A stretch of DNA of 64,000 nucleotides, from assembly GCA_034669905.1 (NCBI GenBank), contig JAXMOL010000037.1, forward strand, positions 18,734 to 82,733. Reading direction: 5' to 3'. Of this stretch, positions 47,116-54,999 are shown in pieces. Position numbers and translations under genes: made by a program. Below the pieces are notes generated by a model. That model ran no database searches. It worked only from the letters and a program-made list of their open reading frames with translations, and had not been told where the DNA came from. The stretch's first letter is position 1; each line of letters begins with the position of its first letter. Source of the DNA: Candidatus Hydrogenedentota bacterium. GTDB taxonomy: Bacteria > Hydrogenedentota > Hydrogenedentia > Hydrogenedentales > JAEUWI01.

Positions 47116-47226
47116 CGTGCCGCGCGATCCGGTACTCCGGTTCGTGCGATTGCGGTGACTGCGATAACTTACGCACGAACCCGTCAGGATCCGTTGATAC
47201 TCACCTTTTGGGGATCGCGCGGCACG
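47116..47226. repeat. Two-stem structured element C, copy 2
   Basis: CGTGCCGCGCGATCC/GGATCGCGCGGCACG plus GGTTCGTGCG/CGCACGAACC. Confidence 0.85.
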
Positions 47227-47311
47227 ATTGATTCTTGTTGATTTGACCGGTTGATACCGGATAGTTGTATTTCGAATCTCTCCCGGACTGTTCCGGGGCC
47301 CTGCGGGGAAA

Positions 47312-47839
47312 CTACATGGCTTCGTCGCGGAGCAGACCATACATGAGGCCGTCGGTGTATTCGCCGTTTTTACAGAATCGCTCCCGAAGGCAGCCTTCCA
47401 GTTGGAAACCGGCTTTTTCTAGGACGCGCCCTGAGCCGGGGTTCCAGCCGTAGTGCCACGACTCGAGGCGGTGGCAGTCGGTGGCGGTAAAGGCATAGGG
47501 CACAAAGGCACGGAGGACTTCGGTCATATAGCCCTGGCCCCAATAGGATTCGGACAGCCAATAACCCACGGCGGGGGTCCGGGAGAGTACATCATCGCGC
47601 GCGACGACCCCAATCCCGCCCACGACCTCCCCGTCGATTTCGATGGCGAATTCCGTGCAGGGGCCTTCATCGGCGGCACGGGCCTTCAGCCAGCCATCGG
47701 CATCAGCTTCCGTGTAGGGCGACGGAAACACATCGGAGAGGTTCTGGGCGACTTTGGGGTTGTCCGCATGGCGCAACAGGTCGGTCTTGTCTTCCGGGCG
47801 CCAGGGGCGCAATCGGCATCGGGGTGTTTCGATTTCCAC
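47312..47839 (-). CDS. RimJ/RimL-type GNAT acetyltransferase
   Basis: VGYWL..YWGQGYMTE, NPGSGRVLEKAGFQLEG. Confidence 0.92.
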   Translation of the reverse strand: MEIETPRCRLRPWRPEDKTDLLRHADNPKVAQNLSDVFPSPYTEADADGWLKARAADEGPCTEFAIEIDGEVVGGIGVVARDDVLSRTPAVGYWLSESYWGQGYMTEVLRAFVPYAFTATDCHRLESWHYGWNPGSGRVLEKAGFQLEGCLRERFCKNGEYTDGLMYGLLRDEAM

Positions 47840-47910
47840 GGTCTTGTTCCTTTGGTGGTGGGTTGGTGGTGAAAACACTATACCCTTTTGCGGTCCATGC
47901 ATACTGGAGA

Positions 47911-47948
47911 GAATGGTGAATTGAGAATAGTGAATGGAGAATTGTGAA
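47911..47948. repeat. 7-mer tandem GAATnGn x5
   Basis: GAATGGT GAATTGA GAATAGT GAATGGA GAATTGT GAA. Confidence 0.8.
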
Positions 47949-47982
47949 CTTCGTCGCAGGCGAATCGTTGGAAATGGGCGCT

Positions 47983-48155
47983 TTGGCGTGCGGCAGCTTG
48001 CGGTCGCTTATCTCTGGGGAGCTTGCTCCCCGCCCTTGCGTGGGGATGGGGAGACACCGCTGCTTTTCCGGGATCGCGTTGTTGGCCCGCGATTGTGGAG
48101 GTTTCGCCGCAAGCAAGCTTGCTTCACGAAAGCGTAAGCAAGCTTACGCACTCCA
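47983..48155. repeat. REP-like GGAGTGCG..AAGCTT family element
   Basis: GGGGAGCTTGCTCCCC and GCAAGCTTGC..AAAGCGTAAGCAAGCTTACGCACTCC; inverted matches at 54607-54740. Confidence 0.8.
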
Positions 48156-48268
48156 GCGGGTGGGCCTTTCCAGCTCACTTGAACGCCATTCGGTGGGGTG
48201 CCACAATGCGTGTTTGACCGTTACACCGTGGCCGGCCGTGCGTGCGGGCCCATAGATTGAGGATGTGA

Positions 48269-49099
48269 ATGCTACGCGCTTTATTCAAATGGCCTGTGAT
48301 TCTAGGGCGAATTGGCCGTGAAGTGGCCGGACGTCTCCGTAATCATGGTCTCCACTCGGCATGGATCTGCCTGAAGACCCACGCCATCAACGGTAGCCTG
48401 CGCATTCGCCACCGCCTGGGGGCGTCCCACGCGGTGTGTTGCCCCTGTTGCGGATGGGAGGGACCCGATTTTCGCTCCCTGGATTGCGGGCAGTTCATCG
48501 TGCCCCACGCCGAGTGTCCCCACTGCGGTGGACACGAGCGCCACCGCCTGCTCCATCTCTTTTTGACCCGCCGACCCCCTGCGTTTATGTCGGCGCCGGG
48601 GCGTATTCTGCACTTTGCGCCCGAGCAGAGCGTCCGGGCCTTTATCGATGCCAATCCGGCGGCCCGGTGTTTTTCCACCGACTACGCCAAGGGGATTTAC
48701 GAAGAAATACTTTCGGGCGTGCCCAAGCCGGTTTTTATCTCCGACCTGCACCATATGCCCCTGGTGGAAAGCTGCATCGACGGGAGTTTCTGTCTCCATG
48801 TGCTCGAGCATGTGGCCGATGACCGGGAGGCCATTCGCAATCTCTACCGCATCACCGCACCCGGTGGCGAAGCGGTGATCATGGTGCCCTTTATGATGGA
48901 CCAGACCGAGACGGAAGAGTACGACGCCCCCGACCCCGAGTTGTTTGATCACGTGCGGGGCTATTCCCCCGTGGATTTTAAAGAGCGCCTGGCCCCCTTC
49001 GACTATGAAGAGGTGATGCCCAGCACCTTTCTGTCGGAAGAAGAGGTGACACGATTTCGGTTGCCGCCGAGCCAGGTAATTTATCTGTGCCGAAAATAG
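48269..49099 (+). CDS. Class I SAM methyltransferase with N-terminal Zn ribbon
   Basis: CPCC..CPHC..ERHR, ILHFAPE, HVLEHV, PGG. Confidence 0.85.
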   Translation: MLRALFKWPVILGRIGREVAGRLRNHGLHSAWICLKTHAINGSLRIRHRLGASHAVCCPCCGWEGPDFRSLDCGQFIVPHAECPHCGGHERHRLLHLFLTRRPPAFMSAPGRILHFAPEQSVRAFIDANPAARCFSTDYAKGIYEEILSGVPKPVFISDLHHMPLVESCIDGSFCLHVLEHVADDREAIRNLYRITAPGGEAVIMVPFMMDQTETEEYDAPDPELFDHVRGYSPVDFKERLAPFDYEEVMPSTFLSEEEVTRFRLPPSQVIYLCRK

Positions 49100-49110
49100 A
49101 GGAGAATATC

Positions 49111-50367
49111 ATGTTGTTACGGATTGCGTTGGCTTGTCTTGGCTTGGGTGTGGTGTCCGCCATGGCCGCCCCTTTTCCCCCCTTCGAGGAACTGCCCGAA
49201 CGCCCCGAGTTGCCCGCCCCCTTAATGATGCTCAACGGCGATCCGGTGAAGACCCCGGAAGACTGGATGACGAAACGACGTCCCGAATTGAAGGCCCTCT
49301 TTGAGCATTATGTCTATGGTGTGGCCCCGGCCGAGGCCGAGATAGTGGTCTCAGAGACCGCACCCGAGCAGTCGGTCTTGGGTGGCAAAGGCCGCTTGAA
49401 GCAGGTCACCATCGGCTTCAAAAATCTCCCCGGAGCCGACGCGCCGCGCATCCGCCTGGCCCTCTTTCTGCCTGCCGATGCGAAAGGCCCCGTACCTGTC
49501 TTTCTGGGACTCAACAAGTGCGGCAACTACACCGTGACCGACGACCCGGCTGTCCTTCACAACGACGAGACGTGGTGCCATGAGGCTTGTCCAAAGACCG
49601 TTGCCGAGGGTCGGGGAATGAAAAAGGATTTCTGGTGCGTGCCCTATCTGCTGGAGCGGGGCTATGCCTTTGCCACCTACCATGAGAGTGACATCGACCC
49701 CGATAAACATGATTTTAGCGACGGCATCCATGGGGCCTACCCGCCTACGGCAGGGCCTGCGCACCGTTGGGGCACCCTCGCCGCGTGGTCGTGGGGGCTC
49801 CGTCGCTGTATCGATTATCTGGTGACGGACCCCGCCATTGATGCGAAGGGCGTGTGTGTCATTGGTCACTCGCGCCGGGGTAAGGCGGCCCTGTTGACGG
49901 CGGCCTTCGATGAGCGGGTGGCCCTCGTGGTGCCCCATCAGTCGGGCACGGGCGGTATGGCCCTCAGCCGGAACAACGACCAGGAAACGACCGAGCGCAT
50001 CAACCGCGTGTTCCCCCATTGGTTCTGTGATGCCTTTACCTGGTTCGACCACCAGGAGAATCGCCTGCCCGTGGACCAGCATTTACTGGCCGCCATGGTG
50101 GCACCACGTCTGCTCTTTGAGACCGTGGGCCTGCAAGACACGTGGGCCAATTATGAAAGCTCGTTGAAGACCCTGCAGGCGGCGGACCCGGTGTTTAAAT
50201 TTCTCGGTGCGCCGGGCTTGAAGGGCGACGGCATGCTCGAGGGTCCCGTTGCCTTGGGCCCCGAGACGGTGGGCAGCGTGGCCCAGTTCCGCTTGGACAC
50301 GAAGCACACCTTGACGCAGGACTATTGGCAGGGGATACTGGACTTCGCGGATTTGAAGCTTCCGTAG
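49111..50367 (+). CDS. CE15 glucuronoyl-esterase-like alpha/beta hydrolase, secreted
   Basis: WGTLAAWSWG, GHSRRGK, SGTGG, LPVDQH; signal peptide. Confidence 0.85.
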   Translation: MLLRIALACLGLGVVSAMAAPFPPFEELPERPELPAPLMMLNGDPVKTPEDWMTKRRPELKALFEHYVYGVAPAEAEIVVSETAPEQSVLGGKGRLKQVTIGFKNLPGADAPRIRLALFLPADAKGPVPVFLGLNKCGNYTVTDDPAVLHNDETWCHEACPKTVAEGRGMKKDFWCVPYLLERGYAFATYHESDIDPDKHDFSDGIHGAYPPTAGPAHRWGTLAAWSWGLRRCIDYLVTDPAIDAKGVCVIGHSRRGKAALLTAAFDERVALVVPHQSGTGGMALSRNNDQETTERINRVFPHWFCDAFTWFDHQENRLPVDQHLLAAMVAPRLLFETVGLQDTWANYESSLKTLQAADPVFKFLGAPGLKGDGMLEGPVALGPETVGSVAQFRLDTKHTLTQDYWQGILDFADLKLP

Positions 50368-50453
50368 GGGATTGTGAACAGGTTGCCCCAGGCTGAAGCA
50401 CCGGCTCTGCCGATTCGGCGCTCGTTGTTGGTATTCATGCACGCAGCATACTT

Positions 50454-50688
50454 TCAGTCCCGCAGGGACGACATATCGTAGCCCAGGTGTGAGCGAAGCG
50501 AACCCTGGGAGCGCTCGAATACAAACGATGCCAAACCCCGAAGGGGTGGCATAGCGGTGTTGGGAATTTGCACTGAGTTTTCTGTGCCACTCCTTCGGAG
50601 TTCAGTTCTTTGTGGTCCGGTTTACCCAGGGTTTCGCTCGTACCTCGCTTCACCGCTGGGCTACGATATGTCGTCCCTACGGGACTGA
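50454..50688. repeat. Long palindromic REPIN-like element
   Basis: 33-bp arms with 1 mismatch (TCAGTCCCGCAGGGACGACATATCGTAGCCCAG); internal CCCCGAAGGGGTGGCA/TGCCACTCCTTCGGAG. Confidence 0.88.
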
Positions 50689-50866
50689 TTGTTTTGGTCA
50701 GGTACATGCGCAGTTTTACGAATCGGTGCTGTTACCGGTGACTTTTTTGCTGCGGATCTGCCGGTGGTTGTGGATTGTTCCCTCCGCTGCTCAAAATTAA
50801 AATGAACAAGGAAGCCTCTTACTCGTTAGATAGATAGTCGATTGCCAACCGTTGGAGGACCGCGTG

Positions 50867-52066
50867 ATGAAATATCTTCTCTCCAGTGTGCTCGTACTGA
50901 CCGGATGCTTTTCCACTGCCCACGGTCTCTGGGTAGGGCCCGACGACAAGGTGCCCACGGAGCGGCTGCTCGAGAATATGAAGGGCCAGCTGGCGGCCGC
51001 GCCTGACGATGCGGATCTCCTGGCACGGATAGGCCGGGTCTACAGCCTGCGTTACAGCCTCGGCAATCGGGACGTAAACGTTCGCGTGGAGGGAGACGCG
51101 AAAAAGCTCCATCTCTACGAGCACGGCCATGGCTATCCCGCCATCCGCCATGGCATCGACGATGGCGACGTGGTGGCGCGCATCGGTGACCTCTACGAGG
51201 CCCTGGACTACTACCAACGGGCTTCCGCGCTCGCGCCCGACACGGACTACATCGCCCTGGGCTTAGGGTATACCTACGACGAGCTGTCCCACGCCGTGGT
51301 GGTGCTGGCCAAGCCGTTGGGGCCGGAGTTCGACGACCTGCGGACCTCCTTGCGCATCGCGTGGGAAGACAAGGCGCTGGGGGCCTATGAAACTACGCTC
51401 GGCTCTCGGCCCAAGCTCGAAGGGGGATTCCTCACGCCGCCCGTGTCCCTGGAAGCGGCCCGCTACATCCAGGAAATCCTGAAGCAACGCGCCCGTGTGT
51501 CAAGGGCCCATAAGGCGCTCTTGAAACGGGCCGATGCCCATGCCCGCGAAGCAGCACGGATGCCCCGGATGGTGACGCCTATCATTTTTTCGCTCACGGA
51601 CGACCGCCCCATTCATCGGCTCCTCGCACCCGAGACGACCGTGTCCTTCGACCTCGATGGCACGGAGTCTGGCAAGGAGTGGCCCTGGGTACAGCCCGAT
51701 ACGGTGTTGCTCGTGTGGGACGGCGATGGAAAACGGGATGTGCCCAGTGGGCGCCAACTCATTGGCTCGGTCACCTGGTGGCTCTTCTGGGAGCATGGCT
51801 ATGCCGTGTTGGCCGCGCTGGACGATGACCGGGATGGCTGGTTGCGGGGCGGGGAACTTACCCACCTGGCCGGCTGGCGCGATGCCAACGGGAATGGCGT
51901 TTCTGACGCAGGCGAGGTGTTGCCCTTAGAGGCGCTGGGCGTGTCGGGACTGGCTGTATCGGTCGCGGGTCACGTGGACGGCATGCCGATGAACCCCGTG
52001 GGCGTGGCCCTGTCCGACGGCCGACACCTGCCCAGCTATGACTGGATCGTGGCGCCGGTGGAGTAG
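50867..52066 (+). CDS. Secreted TPR-like protein with C-terminal Ca-binding (DxDxDG) domain
   Basis: Signal peptide; ALDYYQRASALAP; FDLDG, LDDDRDGWL, DANGNGVSDAGE. Confidence 0.7.
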   Translation: MKYLLSSVLVLTGCFSTAHGLWVGPDDKVPTERLLENMKGQLAAAPDDADLLARIGRVYSLRYSLGNRDVNVRVEGDAKKLHLYEHGHGYPAIRHGIDDGDVVARIGDLYEALDYYQRASALAPDTDYIALGLGYTYDELSHAVVVLAKPLGPEFDDLRTSLRIAWEDKALGAYETTLGSRPKLEGGFLTPPVSLEAARYIQEILKQRARVSRAHKALLKRADAHAREAARMPRMVTPIIFSLTDDRPIHRLLAPETTVSFDLDGTESGKEWPWVQPDTVLLVWDGDGKRDVPSGRQLIGSVTWWLFWEHGYAVLAALDDDRDGWLRGGELTHLAGWRDANGNGVSDAGEVLPLEALGVSGLAVSVAGHVDGMPMNPVGVALSDGRHLPSYDWIVAPVE

Positions 52067-52193
52067 GTCATCCGTCCCACGACCGGGTGATGGGTCAATC
52101 GTCTAGGTGGTGCTGTATTTGAATGATCCGGTTGCCGACCACGTGACGCCAAGATGTCGCCGTTCGTACCAGGTGGTACCGCGAAAACATGTT

Positions 52194-52398
52194 GCGGGCT
52201 TTCAGCCCTGTGATAACAGCGCCCTGTTTACCCAGGCCTTCAGCCTGGGCTGGTATGTGGCCGCGCCGTTGGCGCTCACAGGGTTGGCAACAGGCGGATT
52301 GGGAGTATCTCATAAGGCCGAAGGCCTGTAAACATACCAGCATGGGCCAACGGCCCATGAACCGGCGTCATACAAGGATTCAAGGGCTGAAGGTCCGC
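52194..52398. repeat. Palindromic REP-like element
   Basis: GCGGGCTTTCAGCCCT/AGGGCTGAAGGTCCGC; GCTGGTATGT/ACATACCAGC; small hairpins. Confidence 0.75.
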
Positions 52399-52637
52399 CC
52401 CCTATCTTGTACTTCTCGGTCATGCTCGCTGGTTTCAAATTTCACACCGGGCGGTAGTAGGAGAGCAGGACTTTCAGAAGCCGAGACGGGCGAAAGAACC
52501 GGTGACAGAAGAACCCTGCCGCGTGTGCCAAAATCTACGCGACCCTTGCTGCGGCGTGCTCTCAAGCCCATTGTATTCTGTCTCGTTCAGGCATTGGCTC
52601 CGTCACCACTCAAGTTCCTCAATGCCAATTCATACCA

Positions 52638-52883
52638 TTAGAATGAACTGTCTATCTGCCATGGCCGTTGGAAAAAGTGCGACCGACTCACGTGCGGCGT
52701 CTCAACCGTGCGGGCGGCACGTGGTCTCCGGGTTCTTTTGAAGGCCTTGATCTCTGCCAGGGCTTTTCGGCTGCAATCCGGGCAATAGGTGTGGCTTGCC
52801 TCATTGTCGATGTGTAACGCGGGCTGCCAGGTGCCATCGCGTTTCGTTCGTTTACAGACACAACATTGAACTTTCATCGCCAT
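52638..52883 (-). CDS. Small Zn-finger protein
   Basis: CCVCK..W..SHTYCPDC; RBS AAGGGAG. Confidence 0.7.
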   Translation of the reverse strand: MAMKVQCCVCKRTKRDGTWQPALHIDNEASHTYCPDCSRKALAEIKAFKRTRRPRAARTVETPHVSRSHFFQRPWQIDSSF

Positions 52884-53038
52884 CACTCCCTTCTACGCTT
52901 CGAGCCGTTTTCGCCTTCGCACCCAGTGTGCCCCAGTTAAATGACAGTAACCCGGCCGTGAACATGACAAAGTTGTAATGTGGCAATTGGTGTCGGGCTA
53001 TGGGAGGGTGATACGGTAGGGTTAATGGGAATTATGGT

Positions 53039-54487
53039 GTGATGACTGATCATGAGCTACTCCGTGCACTGACCCTGCCGCTGGACGAGGATTCGCCCTG
53101 GCAGTGCCACAATCTGAAGCCTTCGGCGACGGCCGACGGCGATGTGTTGTCCTTTCAGGTGCAGAATTCATCGGTAAACGGCCACCTGGATTGCACCATC
53201 ACTGGCGGAGATTGGGCCGGAGGGCGGTTGTCTGTCACCGTTCCGCTATGGGCCGATGAATCCGGACCGGTGGGGGTAAACGTCTATCTCCACCACAACC
53301 CGGATGACCCCTCCGATCGAAAGGTCTATCAACTCCATCATCCCGGCGATGGGGCCTGGCATACCTTGCACCGGGATATCCTGTGTCCCGCCCAGCCCCT
53401 GGCCGAAATACGACTGCTCATCGTGGCCCGTGTCGGGGCGTCGGGCTTTCGCATCGCCGAGCCATCCCTCTGTTTCCGGGACTACGATGGGGATGACCAC
53501 GGCGCGCTGCTCCAGCACAATCAGATTTCACAGGCCTATTTCGAGGCGGTGGAAGCCCTGGTAGATGTCCACCCGTCTGCCGGTGATCCGGCCTTTCGGG
53601 AAAAACTCACGGGGTACCTGCTGGGCACCAACCGCAACGGGATGGCCCATGTGGCGATGGTGGCGGAAGGGCTACGCGTCGAAGATCGGGGCCTCGAAGG
53701 CGGTCGCTTCCTCGACTTGGGCAGTGGTTCGGGAGGCTCGTTGGTGGCAGCGCTGACGGCCGGAGCGGCCTACGCCGAAGGCTGGGAGATCAATGCCGAT
53801 AAACGGCGACTGGCCGAGGTCAATGTGCGCACCTGTGGTGTGGATTCGAATCGGGTTTCCGTGCGGGATGAGAACATGGAAAATCCGGAGGCAGCAGCCG
53901 ATCCCGCCGAAGCCTTCGATCTGGTATTTTGCGAGGAAGTGTTGGAGCATGTGAAAGACCTCGACGGGGCCTTTGCGACCTTGTCCCGGTGTATTCGCCC
54001 GGAAGGGGGTGTGGGCTATGTGACCATTCCCAATGGTTTTGCCCTGTCCAGTGTATACTCCGATCCGCACCTGCAGCTCTTTGGCATCGCCCTCCTCGAT
54101 CGTTTTGAAGCCCAGCCCCTGGCGACGGCCCTGAAGAATCACACCCACTACAGCGACATGATGGGAACGTACTGCCGCTTCGGGGAGTACGTGAGACGTT
54201 TCGAAGAGGTGGGGCTTACGGTGGAATCGGTGGAGGAGAGCGACGGGTCGGTGGAAGGGTGGCGGGAACAGCTGGCTGACCTGGAAGTGCGCCGGGCCAC
54301 GTTGCGCCAGGAATGGGGTGATCGGGTAGACGGTGACACGCTGACGTTGCTGGAGGGGCGGCTTGATGGGTATCTCCAAACAGCCTGGAGACGCCTCGAA
54401 GGGGTGGGGGACTCGACCGATGCGCGGGTAGCCTTCGCGCGGGACTATGGGCAAGGGCATTTTTCCTTTTTAGTTCGCCATCGGTAG
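53039..54487 (+). CDS. Class I SAM methyltransferase with N-terminal beta-rich (CBM-like) domain
   Basis: FLDLGSGSGG, FDLVFCEEVLEHV, TIPN. Confidence 0.8.
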   Translation: MMTDHELLRALTLPLDEDSPWQCHNLKPSATADGDVLSFQVQNSSVNGHLDCTITGGDWAGGRLSVTVPLWADESGPVGVNVYLHHNPDDPSDRKVYQLHHPGDGAWHTLHRDILCPAQPLAEIRLLIVARVGASGFRIAEPSLCFRDYDGDDHGALLQHNQISQAYFEAVEALVDVHPSAGDPAFREKLTGYLLGTNRNGMAHVAMVAEGLRVEDRGLEGGRFLDLGSGSGGSLVAALTAGAAYAEGWEINADKRRLAEVNVRTCGVDSNRVSVRDENMENPEAAADPAEAFDLVFCEEVLEHVKDLDGAFATLSRCIRPEGGVGYVTIPNGFALSSVYSDPHLQLFGIALLDRFEAQPLATALKNHTHYSDMMGTYCRFGEYVRRFEEVGLTVESVEESDGSVEGWREQLADLEVRRATLRQEWGDRVDGDTLTLLEGRLDGYLQTAWRRLEGVGDSTDARVAFARDYGQGHFSFLVRHR

Positions 54488-54572
54488 GGGCTTGACAAGA
54501 ATCCTGCCAACCGTGCCGCGCGATCCGGTATCTCCGCATCGTGCGCTAGGAGAGGCGATGACAGCCGAAACC

Positions 54573-54881
54573 GGCCGTTGGTGCATAGTCAGGGGTCACG
54601 TGTCTTGAGGCGGGGAGCAAGCTCCCCGAATCAGGGTAGCAGCAAGCTGCCACACTCCAAGGAGTGGCTTGTTGTAAGGGTGGGGATTCTTTGGAGTGCG
54701 TAAGCTTGCTTACGCTTTTCTTGAGCAAGCTTGCTTGCGGGATGTATGGAGGTGACGTGCCCCTGCCTGGCCGTTGGTGCATAGACCGGGGGCACTTTTC
54801 CTGGGGCGGGGAGCAAGCTCCCCGAATAAGGGTAGCAGCAAGCGGCCACACTCCAGGGAGTGGCTTGTTGTAAGGGTGGGG
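54573..54881. repeat. Two 113-bp direct repeats (period 196) around a palindromic REP module
   Basis: 54573-54685 matches 54769-54881; GGAGTGCGTAAGCTTGCTTACGC between them. Confidence 0.85.
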
Positions 54882-54999
54882 CGTCGTTCAACACCGCCAC
54901 GGCGCGTCGTCTCTCCTGTTTATCGTTGAACCAACCCCCGCCATATGCCACCATGGTCCTTTCTGTCGTCCCATGTCCCACGTCTCAGAAGGTATTCCC

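Noticed and set aside
52425..52520. FMN-riboswitch-like words (CACCGGGCGGTAG)
   Set aside because: The rest of the consensus is missing and no downstream gene is in the appropriate orientation
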